Assembly (NCBI GenBank): GCA_003605035.1
Contig: QZKJ01000007.1
Location: 41,560 to 105,559 of the forward strand
Direction of reading: 5' to 3'
DNA: 64,000 bases
Source of the DNA: Desulfurivibrio sp.
GTDB taxonomy: Bacteria; Desulfobacterota; Desulfobulbia; Desulfobulbales; SURF-16
Positions 20,368 to 30,048 of the stretch are shown piece after piece (the stretch's first letter is position 1; every line of letters begins with the position of its first letter). The notes under the pieces are model-generated. The model saw only the letters and a program-made list of their open reading frames with translations. It made no database searches and was not told the origin of the DNA. The position numbers and the translations under genes are program-made.

Positions 20368-20470
20368 AAGGCACTGAATGACAGATGTTGTAAGTTTTTT
20401 AATTCTTAAATGCCTTGCTGGTTCAGCCGGCGGCAAAATGAGCAGGATAATGATGAAAATGAGGAGCAAA

Positions 20471-22426
20471 ATGATGAAAAGGTCAAGAGAGACTGCTTCA
20501 CAATTATCAGGGTTTGTTGCGTTTGCTTTAGCTGGCGCCTTAGCGCTGCCGGCGATGTCTTTTGCCGGAGGCGGCTTCATGGGGGGACAGGGAGACATTG
20601 TCGACGAGGTGTCCTCTGCGACCGTCGTCGAAGAGGTTTCCACGGATGCAACGGAGGTGCCCGTTGACGTAGAGACCGATGGCCCTCTGAATGACAATAT
20701 GTCGAGTCAGGGCAAGCTGTTTGGCGATCTTTACAAGATTCTCAGGTACCAAGGCAGTGAAGAATCCAAGCTGATACCTCAAGTCGATGGGAATGGTGAT
20801 CCGGTTCTGGACCTCATTAGCGGAAAACAGTTACTCGTGGCGAGTGAAGAGCCGCCGGTGGGCGGGGAGCCGGTGCCCTCCGCCGGCTACGGCTATTATG
20901 TCAAGGAGGTATTGGTTGGGGATGTAGTTACCTATGAGGTGGCAACCTCACCCTATCCGAGCCAGTGTGTGCAACCGGTGGCCGATTACAGCAAGTGGGG
21001 GGATATCTGGGGGGATCCGACAAAACAGAATGCCCTGCCGCTCATCATCACGTACGATGCCACATGGGGAAGATCCGAATGCGCTGTCGGTGAGTTGACA
21101 GCGGTCGCGGCCAACTCTGATGGCACACTCAAATTAACCGTCGATGAATGGTTCATCGAGCCGGACGGGTCATGGGATGGCGTTATATACTGTGATGGCA
21201 TCAAGTGGACCGACCTGATCGACGAGGTGAGTTTCGGTCGTCTCAACCTGAGCCGGTCGCCGGAAGCGGTTCTGCAGGCAGCCTTTGACGAGGCTATCAA
21301 CTCGATCAACAATGCCGACAAGGTAGAGATCGACGCTGCAGGACGCCTGTTGCTGACCACGGCCATCTATGAGGAATTTGACACGGGTCTGACCTGTGAG
21401 GCTAAACTGATCGAGACAGTGACAAAAGCCATCGATTCTCCCCTGGAGAACCTGGCCTTATATGTCAAGCTGATGCAGGACGGCCATCTGGTAACCCCTG
21501 GAGATGAGCGGGCGCCGATCGACCGGTCCCTTAACGGCGGCATTCCTTTGTGGAAGATGCTGGAACTGGAGGACGGCCCATCCACTGCTCTGAGGCCCAC
21601 CATCAACATCACCAAGATGAGAGAGTGGGGGCTCAATGACCTGGTGGATGTCACTGAGGTCGACTACTACACCTACTATCAATGTTATGGCGTCGACGGC
21701 GTTGATGAAGATGTCGAGGAGGATGAAGTCGAATGCCTCTGCGTGAACCAAGATGGCGATTCCGTAACATGTCCTGATGTTGTCAGTCGAGAACTTAAGG
21801 CTGTCGCCGTCGCTTGTCCGGTGGACAAAGTGTGCGAGGGGCCTTTCTCCGGCATCACGACTGATGACGGAACGATCACACCTGTGGGTGTGCACTTTGG
21901 TTTTGCCGCCTCGTTTCTGGCCGCGGCGGCGGACAAAACCGGAGATATCGGGGTGGACATGGTGGTGTACCTGAATTCGATCCTCGGCATCAACAAGGTC
22001 ATCGGCTACAGCGCCTATGATCTGGATGGCAACCCGGCTGCCACCGCTATCAACTACGCAGAAAACCCGGTCTACTTTGACTATGGCGTGATATCGGGGG
22101 AATCCGACTATGCGCGGGATGAAGTATTCAAAGATCCAATTCGGGGACAAGTGAGGACGCAGGGAGGCGTGGAGGACCATCCTCGTCCTGAATATGACGG
22201 CCAGGTTACGGTGCTTAAGTCAACCAGTGATGGCGTCTGGGCTGAAACCCCGTGTCCGATTATCGGCGATGACAGTGTCTCCTTTGACAATATCGGATTG
22301 GGCGATAACGGGTTTCCAAACGGAACTGTGGCCGCCAATGATATCTTGGGGTTCTCCCAGATGGCGGACGACGATCTGAGCGTGATTAAATTCATTCATA
22401 CCTACCAGATACCAGGGTTGAAATAA
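20471..22426 (+). CDS. Secreted acidic, Cys-rich protein of unknown function
   Basis: About 651 aa from ATG 20471. GAGGAG lies 4 nt upstream of that ATG, and in-frame alternative starts exist back to 20378. The signal peptide is MMKRSRETASQLSGFVAFALAGALALPAMSFA. The mature part contains 12 Cys. I recognise no family. Confidence 0.75.
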   Translation: MMKRSRETASQLSGFVAFALAGALALPAMSFAGGGFMGGQGDIVDEVSSATVVEEVSTDATEVPVDVETDGPLNDNMSSQGKLFGDLYKILRYQGSEESKLIPQVDGNGDPVLDLISGKQLLVASEEPPVGGEPVPSAGYGYYVKEVLVGDVVTYEVATSPYPSQCVQPVADYSKWGDIWGDPTKQNALPLIITYDATWGRSECAVGELTAVAANSDGTLKLTVDEWFIEPDGSWDGVIYCDGIKWTDLIDEVSFGRLNLSRSPEAVLQAAFDEAINSINNADKVEIDAAGRLLLTTAIYEEFDTGLTCEAKLIETVTKAIDSPLENLALYVKLMQDGHLVTPGDERAPIDRSLNGGIPLWKMLELEDGPSTALRPTINITKMREWGLNDLVDVTEVDYYTYYQCYGVDGVDEDVEEDEVECLCVNQDGDSVTCPDVVSRELKAVAVACPVDKVCEGPFSGITTDDGTITPVGVHFGFAASFLAAAADKTGDIGVDMVVYLNSILGINKVIGYSAYDLDGNPAATAINYAENPVYFDYGVISGESDYARDEVFKDPIRGQVRTQGGVEDHPRPEYDGQVTVLKSTSDGVWAETPCPIIGDDSVSFDNIGLGDNGFPNGTVAANDILGFSQMADDDLSVIKFIHTYQIPGLK

Positions 22427-22467
22427 GCGGCACGCACTTGGCGCGGACTCGTTCTATTTTGCAGCCG

Positions 22468-22493
22468 CCGGCCCGGGATTAATCCCGGGCCGG
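22468..22493 (+). terminator. Perfect 13+13 nt palindrome downstream of the unknown-protein pair
   Basis: The sequence is CCGGCCCGGGATT/AATCCCGGGCCGG, 42 nt after the stop at 22426. The trailing T-run is weak (TGTTGCTT). Confidence 0.5.
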
Positions 22494-22774
22494 TGTTGCT
22501 TACTCCTTGAAGTGTCCATGATTTTGTTCAATTACAGGCTCGATCATCTCAACACCGGGCATCAGGTTTTTCCTCCCTCAATACAAGCACTATGCAGTAA
22601 TCTCTTAACCAATCAGCTTTTTCCTGTCTGACGGATGTAATGCTTGAATTCCGCCCGGTTATGTTGTTTATTGAGCACTGAATCGTCCGGATGTCTGCCT
22701 GTCATGCTGTCCGGCGCTTATTTTTCTTTACTCTTACGTCGACAATGCTGCGCAACCGTTACAGGAGGTAACCA

Positions 22775-24427
22775 ATGGCTCTGCACCCGCGTGCTGGTAA
22801 ACCCGCTGCACCTGAAGATTTATGCAATATCCCCCGGCTGATTGCCGCCTATTATCAGTATGCGCCGGATGTCAGTCAGGATGAGCAGAAGGTCAGCTTC
22901 GGCACCTCGGGACACCGGGGCAGCTCCCTGAAGAAGAGTTTCAACGAGCAGCATATCCTGGCGGTCTCCCAGGCCATTGTCGAGTATCGTCTCAACCAGG
23001 GCATCAGCGGTCCGATCTTTGTCGGCATGGACACCCATGGCCTGTCCGAGCCCGCCTTTGCCACCGCGTTGCAGGTCTTTATCGCCAACGGGCTGGAGGT
23101 TCGCTACCAGCAGGGCAGGGGGTACACCCCCACGCCGGTGGTGTCCCATGCCATCCTCGGCTGGAACAAACAGCATCCCGCCAATCAGGCCGACGGGGTG
23201 GTGATCACCCCCTCCCACAATCCCCCGGAGGATGGCGGCTTCAAGTACAATCCCCCCCATGGCGGCCCGGCGGACAGCGATGCCACCAAGGTGATCGAGC
23301 AACGCGCCAATGAGTTGCTTGCCGTAGGCCTGCAGGGGGTGCGCTTCCTGCCGCTGACCGAGGCCTTTGCCTCTGCCCGGGCCGTGGCCCATGATTTTGT
23401 CCGGCCCTATGTGGATGATCTGCAGGAGGTTATCGACATGGAGGCCATCCGCAAGGCCGGCATCAGGATCGGAGTTGACCCCCTGGGCGGCTCCGGCATC
23501 GCCTTCTGGCCGGCGATTGCCGAAAGATACGGCCTGGATATCGAGGTGGTGAATAACCGGGTTGATCCGACCTTTTCCTTCATGACCCTGGACAAGGATG
23601 GCAAGATCCGCATGGATTGCTCATCACCCTACGCCATGGCCTCGCTCATCGCCCTCAAGGACCGTTTCGACATCGCGGTGAGCAACGACCCGGATTACGA
23701 CCGGCACGGCATTGTCACCCGGGAGTCCGGCCTGCTCAACCCCAATCACTACCTGGCCGTGGCCATCAATTATCTTTTTACCCATCGACCCGGCTGGGGT
23801 GCGGAACTGGCCGTGGGCAAGACTCTGGTGTCAAGCTCAATGATTGACCGGGTGGCCGCCGGCATCAAGCGGCGATTGTCGGAGGTGCCGGTGGGCTTCA
23901 AATGGTTTGTCCAGGGGCTGTTTAAGGGCGAATACGGCTTCGGCGGCGAGGAAAGCGCGGGGGCCTCCTTTCTGCGCAGGGACGGCAGCGTCTGGACCAC
24001 GGACAAGGACGGCATCATCATGGCGCTGCTGGCGGCCGAGATCACCGCGGTCACCGGCAAAGACCCCGGCCTGCATTACCGGGAACTCGTGCGGCAGTTC
24101 GGTGCCCCGCTCTATGAGCGGATTGAGGCGCCGGCCAATACGGAGCAGAAAAAGGTGCTGGCCACTCTTTCCCCCGAGGATGTGGAGGCCAGGACCCTGG
24201 CCGGCGAAGCGGTGCTGGCCAGGCTGACCCATGCCCCGGGCAACGGGGCCGCCATCGGCGGACTCAAGGTCGTCACCGAAAACGGCTGGTTTGCCGCCAG
24301 ACCTTCGGGCACCGAGGATGTCTACAAGATTTACACGGAAAGCTTCAAGGGTGAGGCCCACCTGAAATTGATCCAGCAGGAGGCCAGGGAGATTGTCGCC
24401 GCCTCTTTTGCCAAAGCCGGCTTATAA
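22775..24427 (+). CDS. pgm: Phosphoglucomutase (alpha-D-glucose phosphate-specific)
   Basis: 550 aa. It has the active-site loop [15 protein letters not shown] and the Mg loop GVDPLGG. An AGGAGG SD precedes the start. Confidence 0.95.
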   Translation: MALHPRAGKPAAPEDLCNIPRLIAAYYQYAPDVSQDEQKVSFGTSGHRGSSLKKSFNEQHILAVSQAIVEYRLNQGISGPIFVGMDTHGLSEPAFATALQVFIANGLEVRYQQGRGYTPTPVVSHAILGWNKQHPANQADGVVITPSHNPPEDGGFKYNPPHGGPADSDATKVIEQRANELLAVGLQGVRFLPLTEAFASARAVAHDFVRPYVDDLQEVIDMEAIRKAGIRIGVDPLGGSGIAFWPAIAERYGLDIEVVNNRVDPTFSFMTLDKDGKIRMDCSSPYAMASLIALKDRFDIAVSNDPDYDRHGIVTRESGLLNPNHYLAVAINYLFTHRPGWGAELAVGKTLVSSSMIDRVAAGIKRRLSEVPVGFKWFVQGLFKGEYGFGGEESAGASFLRRDGSVWTTDKDGIIMALLAAEITAVTGKDPGLHYRELVRQFGAPLYERIEAPANTEQKKVLATLSPEDVEARTLAGEAVLARLTHAPGNGAAIGGLKVVTENGWFAARPSGTEDVYKIYTESFKGEAHLKLIQQEAREIVAASFAKAGL

Positions 24428-24464
24428 GGCGTCCGGGCCGGCGCCACAAGCGGCAGGCCGCCGC

Positions 24465-25133
24465 CTAAATGGAGCAGGCAAGCTCCAGCCGTATCGAGGC
24501 GCCTGACATCGCCACCCGCAGACGCGGGTGCTGCAGGGTCTGGAAGAGGGGACGGCCGAAATAGAAAAGTTCCTGCTGCAGACTGAGGCGCAAGGCGGAG
24601 ACGGCCTGGTCGCGCAGCAGCAGGTCCAGCTGCATGAGGTCGGTAAGTGCCGCAAGTGTTGTTTCAGCAGGCCTTGGCGAGGAGAGTTGCTCCAGCAGCG
24701 GCAGCGCCCTGGCGTAGGAGCATTGCTGCTCGTGGCTCCTGATCCGGTCCGCGACAAGATCCTGATCCGCCACCAGATCGAAACGGCCCAGGCAATCCTT
24801 GCCGCTGGCCGCCTCAATTCCCCTGGTGTCCCAGCATTGCAGCAGCCGGCACTCCAGTGGCCGGTCTGCATGGATAGTGCAGGCGGACTGGCCGGCATCA
24901 TAAAAGAGACACTCCCAGCTGGCGCCCTTGCCGGCAATCTTGATCATTTCCCGGCTGGCCGGCTCAACCTTTCCGGTAAAGGGGTTGAAGGAAGGCTCCC
25001 CCTTTCTGATGGTCACCAGATTTTCGTGAGAAAGGATGCCTTTCCGCACCAGGGGCAGATCTTCCGGATGCAGAATCGGCCCGCCGTTCTTACAGCAGGT
25101 GCCGCATCTCTGGCAGTGTTGTTGTAATTGCAT
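24465..25133 (-). CDS. YkgJ-family (CxxCxxCC) zinc/iron-chelating domain protein
   Basis: 222 aa. The N-terminal CQRCGTCCKNGGP motif is typical of the UPF0153/YkgJ family. Confidence 0.75.
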   Translation of the reverse strand: MQLQQHCQRCGTCCKNGGPILHPEDLPLVRKGILSHENLVTIRKGEPSFNPFTGKVEPASREMIKIAGKGASWECLFYDAGQSACTIHADRPLECRLLQCWDTRGIEAASGKDCLGRFDLVADQDLVADRIRSHEQQCSYARALPLLEQLSSPRPAETTLAALTDLMQLDLLLRDQAVSALRLSLQQELFYFGRPLFQTLQHPRLRVAMSGASIRLELACSI

Positions 25134-25295
25134 AAGGTAATGATTATAAATTTATTTATGGAATTTTCCAACAGGTTGTTTTATTTTGATTCATTTTCGT
25201 CGAACCGCAGCAGAAATTTTTTCGCGATCGTTCAGGAATTCTGGCTATTGCTTAAAGTGCGTTACACCCATATGAGGGAAGGGGCATAAGCTGGT

Positions 25296-26309
25296 ATGGA
25301 TAGTTGTGATAAATCCCGGGAAGAACTGGCCGGGGATGTGGCCGAATTACGCAGGAGAATCGCGCAGCTAGAGCAGGCGGCGGGCGCGGGCAAAAGAGAA
25401 AACGGTCTGGACCGGCATCTCGATCATTTCCGTCTCTGGCAGGAAACCTTTGATGTGGTTGACGATATGATCTATATCGTTGACCGCGAATTTACAATCG
25501 TCCGGGCCAATAAAGCCGCCTGCGACAGTGCCGCCTCGCCGGAATTGCTGGGCAAAAAATGTTTCCAGTATTTCCATAACCTCACTAATCCCGCCAATCA
25601 CTGCCCCGCCTGCAAGGTGTTTCATTCCGGCAAGCCCTTTCATGTCGAACGCCAGGATCCAGCCCGGCAGAACAGGTGGTTTGCCATTTCAGCCTATCCC
25701 ATTCAAGACAGTCATGGCTTTGTCTGGCAGTGTCTCGTCATCTGCCGGGACATCACCGACTGTAAAAATATGCTGAGCAAGCTCAATGAGCTGGCGATCA
25801 AGGATGACCTGACCGGGCTGATCAACCGCCGTCATTTCATCGAGGTGCTTGCCCGGGAATTCAGGCTGGCCGCCCGCCGGGGCAGCGGACTGGTGTTCAT
25901 TATCTTCACCATCGATAAATTCAAGGAAATCAATTCTTCCTGCGGCAGAAAATTCGGCGATTTCCTGTTAAAGGAAATCTCCGATATCCTGGTCAACCAT
26001 GTGCGCAACACCGATATCTGCGGCCGCATCGGCGCCGATGAATTCGGCGTGCTGCTGCCTGATGCGGATGCCGTTGAAGGCAAGATCATTGCCGGCAATA
26101 TCCATTCCCAGCTGTGTCAGTTTGTTTTTGATGATGGCGAGATTGGCCGGCAGATCTCCATCAGTGTCGGGGTGGCGGCAAATAATGCGCTCAATCTGCA
26201 AAACCATGAGGATTTTTTCTCCCTGGCGGACAGGGCCATGCATGAGGCCAAGACCCAGGGCGGCAACAGGGTGGTGCTGCTCCTGGAAAGTGATGCGGAT
26301 GCCGCTTGA
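25296..26309 (+). CDS. PAS-GGDEF diguanylate cyclase-like protein with a GADEF variant motif
   Basis: 337 aa with a coiled-coil, a PAS domain and a GGDEF domain. The motif region reads RNTDICGRIGADEF, giving an RxxD I-site and G-A-DEF in place of GGDEF. Confidence 0.9.
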   Translation: MDSCDKSREELAGDVAELRRRIAQLEQAAGAGKRENGLDRHLDHFRLWQETFDVVDDMIYIVDREFTIVRANKAACDSAASPELLGKKCFQYFHNLTNPANHCPACKVFHSGKPFHVERQDPARQNRWFAISAYPIQDSHGFVWQCLVICRDITDCKNMLSKLNELAIKDDLTGLINRRHFIEVLAREFRLAARRGSGLVFIIFTIDKFKEINSSCGRKFGDFLLKEISDILVNHVRNTDICGRIGADEFGVLLPDADAVEGKIIAGNIHSQLCQFVFDDGEIGRQISISVGVAANNALNLQNHEDFFSLADRAMHEAKTQGGNRVVLLLESDADAA

Positions 26310-26407
26310 AACCAATGCCGTTCACGGTATTGCGCTCAAAATCTGACCGGATTGCGGCCCCCTCCGCTTTTGCCTGGTATTCCCTTCCCCGCCTGCTAAT
26401 GCCTGCC

Positions 26408-27262
26408 TTACGATAATTTAGCAGTTTCGTTGAACTGATAGAAGAATTCATCAATAATTCTTTCCATGTTTTCCTGGAAATTGGGCACGTCCGGCAGCTG
26501 CTGGTTCTGATCAATGAAATCCTGAACATTGAAGGTAAAGTTTTCCGGCAGCACCGAGCGGATGCCGATGCTTTCCACCAGAAAATTCGACAGGCTGACG
26601 ATTTTAACGTTCAGCTGTTCAGCCTCCGGGCAGTTCTGCATGTGGTGGAAGCCGACCGGAATGGTGATATTGTCAGGCAGACCCCACTTCTGCAGCAGCG
26701 CCATGCCGACCCTGGCATGATCCGTACCAAGCAGGAACTGCTCCAGTTCAACCAGGCAATTGAATTTCCGGCCCAGATTTTTGTTGTTGGAGATGGCAAT
26801 CTGCAGGGGTCTGTTCAAAATTACCTTGCCGATATCATGGAGCAGGGAGGCCGTATAAATACTGCCGGACTCTACTATTTTTGCATATTTTGCGATGACC
26901 GATGACAGCACCGCCGTGGCATGGGAGTGATGCCAGAGGGTGCCTGGTTCAAGGTTATAGGCCTGTTGGGGGGAACGCATCAAACCGGCCGAGGCGCCGG
27001 TAATGGCGATAATTTTTACCGTTTCCAGGCCAAGCCGGATAATGATGTCCTTGATTGACGTGATTTCCCGCATATGGCCGAAATATGCTGAATTCGCCAG
27101 ACGCAGCATGTTGGCAGTCAGGTTGGGGTCCATCTCGATCTTGTTTGCCATGGCCGGGATGCTGACCTGGTTGTCATAGGCCATCTGCAGGACCTCCAGA
27201 GCTATGTCCGGACGGGGAACCAGTCTGTCCACATCTTTGATATATTTTTTTTCCGTTTCCAT
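26408..27262 (-). CDS. HDOD domain signalling protein
   Basis: 284 aa. The HDOD pattern is present (ALEVLQMAYD..., LWHHSHATAV, LLHDIGKVIL). Confidence 0.88.
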   Translation of the reverse strand: METEKKYIKDVDRLVPRPDIALEVLQMAYDNQVSIPAMANKIEMDPNLTANMLRLANSAYFGHMREITSIKDIIIRLGLETVKIIAITGASAGLMRSPQQAYNLEPGTLWHHSHATAVLSSVIAKYAKIVESGSIYTASLLHDIGKVILNRPLQIAISNNKNLGRKFNCLVELEQFLLGTDHARVGMALLQKWGLPDNITIPVGFHHMQNCPEAEQLNVKIVSLSNFLVESIGIRSVLPENFTFNVQDFIDQNQQLPDVPNFQENMERIIDEFFYQFNETAKLS

Positions 27263-27318
27263 ATGCTCGTGCCGTGAGTTTAATGCAATATTCTGATCGG
27301 ATTGCCGCAGCGGCCAGC

Positions 27319-28314
27319 TTACAGCCGGACAACAATCCTTCCCTTGGTTTTCCCTTGCAGCATGTTGTCTATCTCGTTGTTTAACTGATGCAGATCGATC
27401 TCTGTCGCCAGCTCATGCAGTTGGCTGATCTGCCACTCTGCGCTGAGCTTGTGCCAGATCCTCTGCCGCACGGCAAGCGCGCAGCTGGCCGAGTCGATGC
27501 CGCTCAAGGTGACTCCTCTGAGGATGAACGGGTAGACCGAGATGTTGAGCGCGGGTGAGGCCACATTGCCGCAACAGGTGACCATGCCTCCGTAGCGGGT
27601 GGTTCTGATGGCGGTGGACAGAATTTCGCCTCCCACGGTATCAACAACCCCGGCCCATTTCTCTTTGAGCAGCATCCTACCGGTGGTGTCAGTGGCCTGC
27701 TCCCGGCTGAGGATGCGTGTCGCGCCAAGGCGCGCAAGCAGGGTCTGTTCCTCGCTCTTGCCGGTTACCGCGGTCACCTCGTAACCCAGTCTGGCCAGAA
27801 TGGCCACGGAAACGCTGCCGACCCCGCCGGTTGCGCCGCTGACCAGGATTCTGCCGTCCTCAGGTTTGACGCCGTGCTCAACTATTCTGAGCACCGACTG
27901 GGCGGCGGTAAAACCAGCCGTGCCGTAGATCATGCTCTCATACAAGCTCATGCCGGCCGGCAGGGGCACGATCCAATCCGCCGGCACCCTGATGAAGCGG
28001 CCGAAACCGCCCGGTATTTTTGTTCCCAGTTCATAGCCGCTGACAATCACCTCGTCGCCGGCCTTGAATTTTGCCGAGCGGCTTTCCACCACCATACCCG
28101 CGGCATCCACTCCGGGCGTATGCGGGTAGCGGCGGGTAACGCCCCGGTTGCCGGAGGCGGACAGGGCATCCTTGTAATTGAGGGAGGAAAAATGTACGGC
28201 GATAAGCACCTCATGATCCGGGAGTTCGGCAATGTTTCGTTCTTTTATTTCTCTGGTAAAAACATGGTCAGGTTCTTCGCTGACAACCATGGCCTGAAAC
28301 TGCTGCTGCATCAT
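27319..28314 (-). CDS. YhdH/YhfP (AcuI-like) MDR-family NADPH-dependent oxidoreductase
   Basis: 331 aa. It has the signature regions FSSLNYKDALS and VSGATGGVGSVSVAILARLGY and the C-terminal GKTKGRIVV. Confidence 0.9.
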   Translation of the reverse strand: MMQQQFQAMVVSEEPDHVFTREIKERNIAELPDHEVLIAVHFSSLNYKDALSASGNRGVTRRYPHTPGVDAAGMVVESRSAKFKAGDEVIVSGYELGTKIPGGFGRFIRVPADWIVPLPAGMSLYESMIYGTAGFTAAQSVLRIVEHGVKPEDGRILVSGATGGVGSVSVAILARLGYEVTAVTGKSEEQTLLARLGATRILSREQATDTTGRMLLKEKWAGVVDTVGGEILSTAIRTTRYGGMVTCCGNVASPALNISVYPFILRGVTLSGIDSASCALAVRQRIWHKLSAEWQISQLHELATEIDLHQLNNEIDNMLQGKTKGRIVVRL

Positions 28315-28410
28315 AATTTAAACTGTTATAAAGGATTATATTTTTCGGGAAACGCCATTGCATGCATCGGTAAGTTTTTATGAAATCATCTTACCTGATT
28401 CCTTAGTTTA

Positions 28411-28438
28411 TTGACAAAGATTTATTTTCATTTAGACT
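28411..28438 (+). promoter_or_regulatory. Candidate sigma70-type promoter
   Basis: The sequence reads TTGACA-N16-TAGACT, about 95 nt upstream of the ATG at 28535. The call rests on sequence pattern only. Confidence 0.3.
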
Positions 28439-28534
28439 GGCGGCAAGAAACCGCGATGCCGGCAGGACCGGTTTTCTCCGCCAGCATGGGGCGGAAGAGC
28501 GGCTGTTAACCTAGACGGGTGAAAACTGTTTTTA

Positions 28535-29059
28535 ATGAGCAAACAAGCCACACAGGAGAAACTTTTCGCCCTTTACCGGGTCAGTGCGGAGTATCTGACG
28601 GATTTTCTGAAAAGGGGGAATGTCGACGAATATGCCATCCGGGCCAACGAATTTGACGTGTTCTGCGCCTTCTGGGTAACCGCTTCCTATCTGCGCGGCA
28701 CAAGCCGGCCGAGTAAAGCGGTGGTGGAGGATTTCAACCGGGCGATTGTCGTCAGTATTGTCGACCGGATCATCGCCAGCCAACCCCATGAACTTGCCGA
28801 TGAACGGATCGGATCCCTCTCGCAGACCATAACCGGAGTGTTTGTCGAGCGATTTTCCCGTTACCGCGAGTTCCTGCAGGCCGATCTGGGTCAACAGGAG
28901 CCGGGCGGCATCCGTTTCTTTCCCTGCCTGGTCGAGGGCTTTCTGGGTAATGTCCTTGACAGGCCGGTGCCCGAGCACTCGCCCATCCGGCAGCTTCTTG
29001 ATGCAACCCTGGAAGACATGCAGAGCAGGTCCGCGATTTTCTGGTCCACTGACCTGTAA
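28535..29059 (+). CDS. Hypothetical protein (174 aa)
   Basis: I chose this ORF over the fully overlapping minus-strand ORF 28532..29062 for two reasons. Its composition is protein-like, and it is co-directional and tightly spaced with the following Gfo/Idh/MocA and lpxB genes. I recognise no family. Confidence 0.55.
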   Translation: MSKQATQEKLFALYRVSAEYLTDFLKRGNVDEYAIRANEFDVFCAFWVTASYLRGTSRPSKAVVEDFNRAIVVSIVDRIIASQPHELADERIGSLSQTITGVFVERFSRYREFLQADLGQQEPGGIRFFPCLVEGFLGNVLDRPVPEHSPIRQLLDATLEDMQSRSAIFWSTDL

Positions 29060-29076
29060 CAATAGATAGAGATACT

Positions 29077-30048
29077 ATGCAGAAAACGAAAATTGGTGTG
29101 ATCGGCGTGGGATATCTTGGCAAATTCCATGCCCAGAAATATGCCGCCATGGAGGATGTGGAACTGGTGGGCGTGGCGGATGTGGCGGGCGAGCTGGCCC
29201 GGCAGGTGGCCCAGGCCAACCGGACCAGGGCGTTTGCGGATTACCGGGAGCTGTTGCGGCAGGTTGACGCAGTCAGCGTGGTGGTGCCGACCCCGCTGCA
29301 TCATCAGGTGGCCAGCGACTGTTTTGCCGCAGATGTCGATGTGATGCTGGAAAAACCCATGACCGTCACCCTGGCCGAGGCGGATGATCTCATCAATAAG
29401 GCGGAAAAGGGCGGGCGCATCCTCCAGGTTGGCCATCTGGAGCGGTTCAACCCGGCCATCGTCGCCATGCAGAATTACCTGACCTGCCCGGTCTTTATCG
29501 AATCCCAGCGGGTCCATTCCTTCAAGCCCCGGGGCGTTGAGGTGGATGTGGTGCTTGATCTGATGATTCACGATATTGATATCATCCTCACCGTGGTGCC
29601 GGCGCCCCTGGAATCCATCTCCACCATCGGCGTGCCGGTGGTGACCAAGGAAACCGATGTGGCCGCGGCCCAGCTGATCTTCGCGAACGGCTGCACGGCC
29701 AATGTCTCGGTGAGCCGGGTGGCCCATGACAATGTCCGCAGCCTGCGCATCTATCAAGCCGGCAGTTCGCTGACGGTCAATTATGCCACCAAGGAAATCA
29801 CGGTCATCGAGCGGCTGCCCGGTTCAACGCCGGATGGCTATCCCAATGAAAAAACAGCGCATTTCTGTTTTACCGAACAGGACGCCCTGGCTGCGGAGCT
29901 GACGGATTTTGTCAGCAATGTCCGCCTGCGGCAGCGGCCCAAGGTTTCCGGCCGGGAAGGCAGGCGGGCCCTGGAGGTGGCGCTGCAGATCATCAACCAG
30001 ATCAGAGATCATATCAGCAGGCATAAAGACGTTTTATGCTCAGAATAA
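29077..30048 (+). CDS. Gfo/Idh/MocA family NAD(P)-dependent oxidoreductase
   Basis: 323 aa. The N-terminal Rossmann motif is KIGVIGVGYLGKFH, and the EKP motif is present (MLEKPM). Confidence 0.9.
   Translation: MQKTKIGVIGVGYLGKFHAQKYAAMEDVELVGVADVAGELARQVAQANRTRAFADYRELLRQVDAVSVVVPTPLHHQVASDCFAADVDVMLEKPMTVTLAEADDLINKAEKGGRILQVGHLERFNPAIVAMQNYLTCPVFIESQRVHSFKPRGVEVDVVLDLMIHDIDIILTVVPAPLESISTIGVPVVTKETDVAAAQLIFANGCTANVSVSRVAHDNVRSLRIYQAGSSLTVNYATKEITVIERLPGSTPDGYPNEKTAHFCFTEQDALAAELTDFVSNVRLRQRPKVSGREGRRALEVALQIINQIRDHISRHKDVLCSE

Noticed and set aside
18712-22500. Calling the AT-richer segment a mobile element or genomic island.
   Set aside because: I saw no integrase, transposase, flanking direct repeats or adjacent tRNA. 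Only the compositional contrast and the unknown genes support foreign origin, so it is reported as a finding rather than as a mobile_element feature.
22644-22841. 65-aa plus-strand ORF upstream of and overlapping the pgm start. Other ORFs of 60-110 aa are scattered through the track.
   Set aside because: They overlap well-supported genes or sit in promoter regions, and they lack SD sequences and any recognisable motif.
28532-29062. 176-aa minus-strand ORF exactly overlapping the 174-aa plus-strand ORF. Also 28891..29757 on the minus strand (288 aa).
   Set aside because: The plus-strand reading is co-directional and tightly spaced with the Gfo/Idh/MocA and lpxB genes, and it has balanced composition. 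ORF 28891..29757 is antisense to the clearly real oxidoreductase. Some uncertainty remains for 28535..29059 itself.
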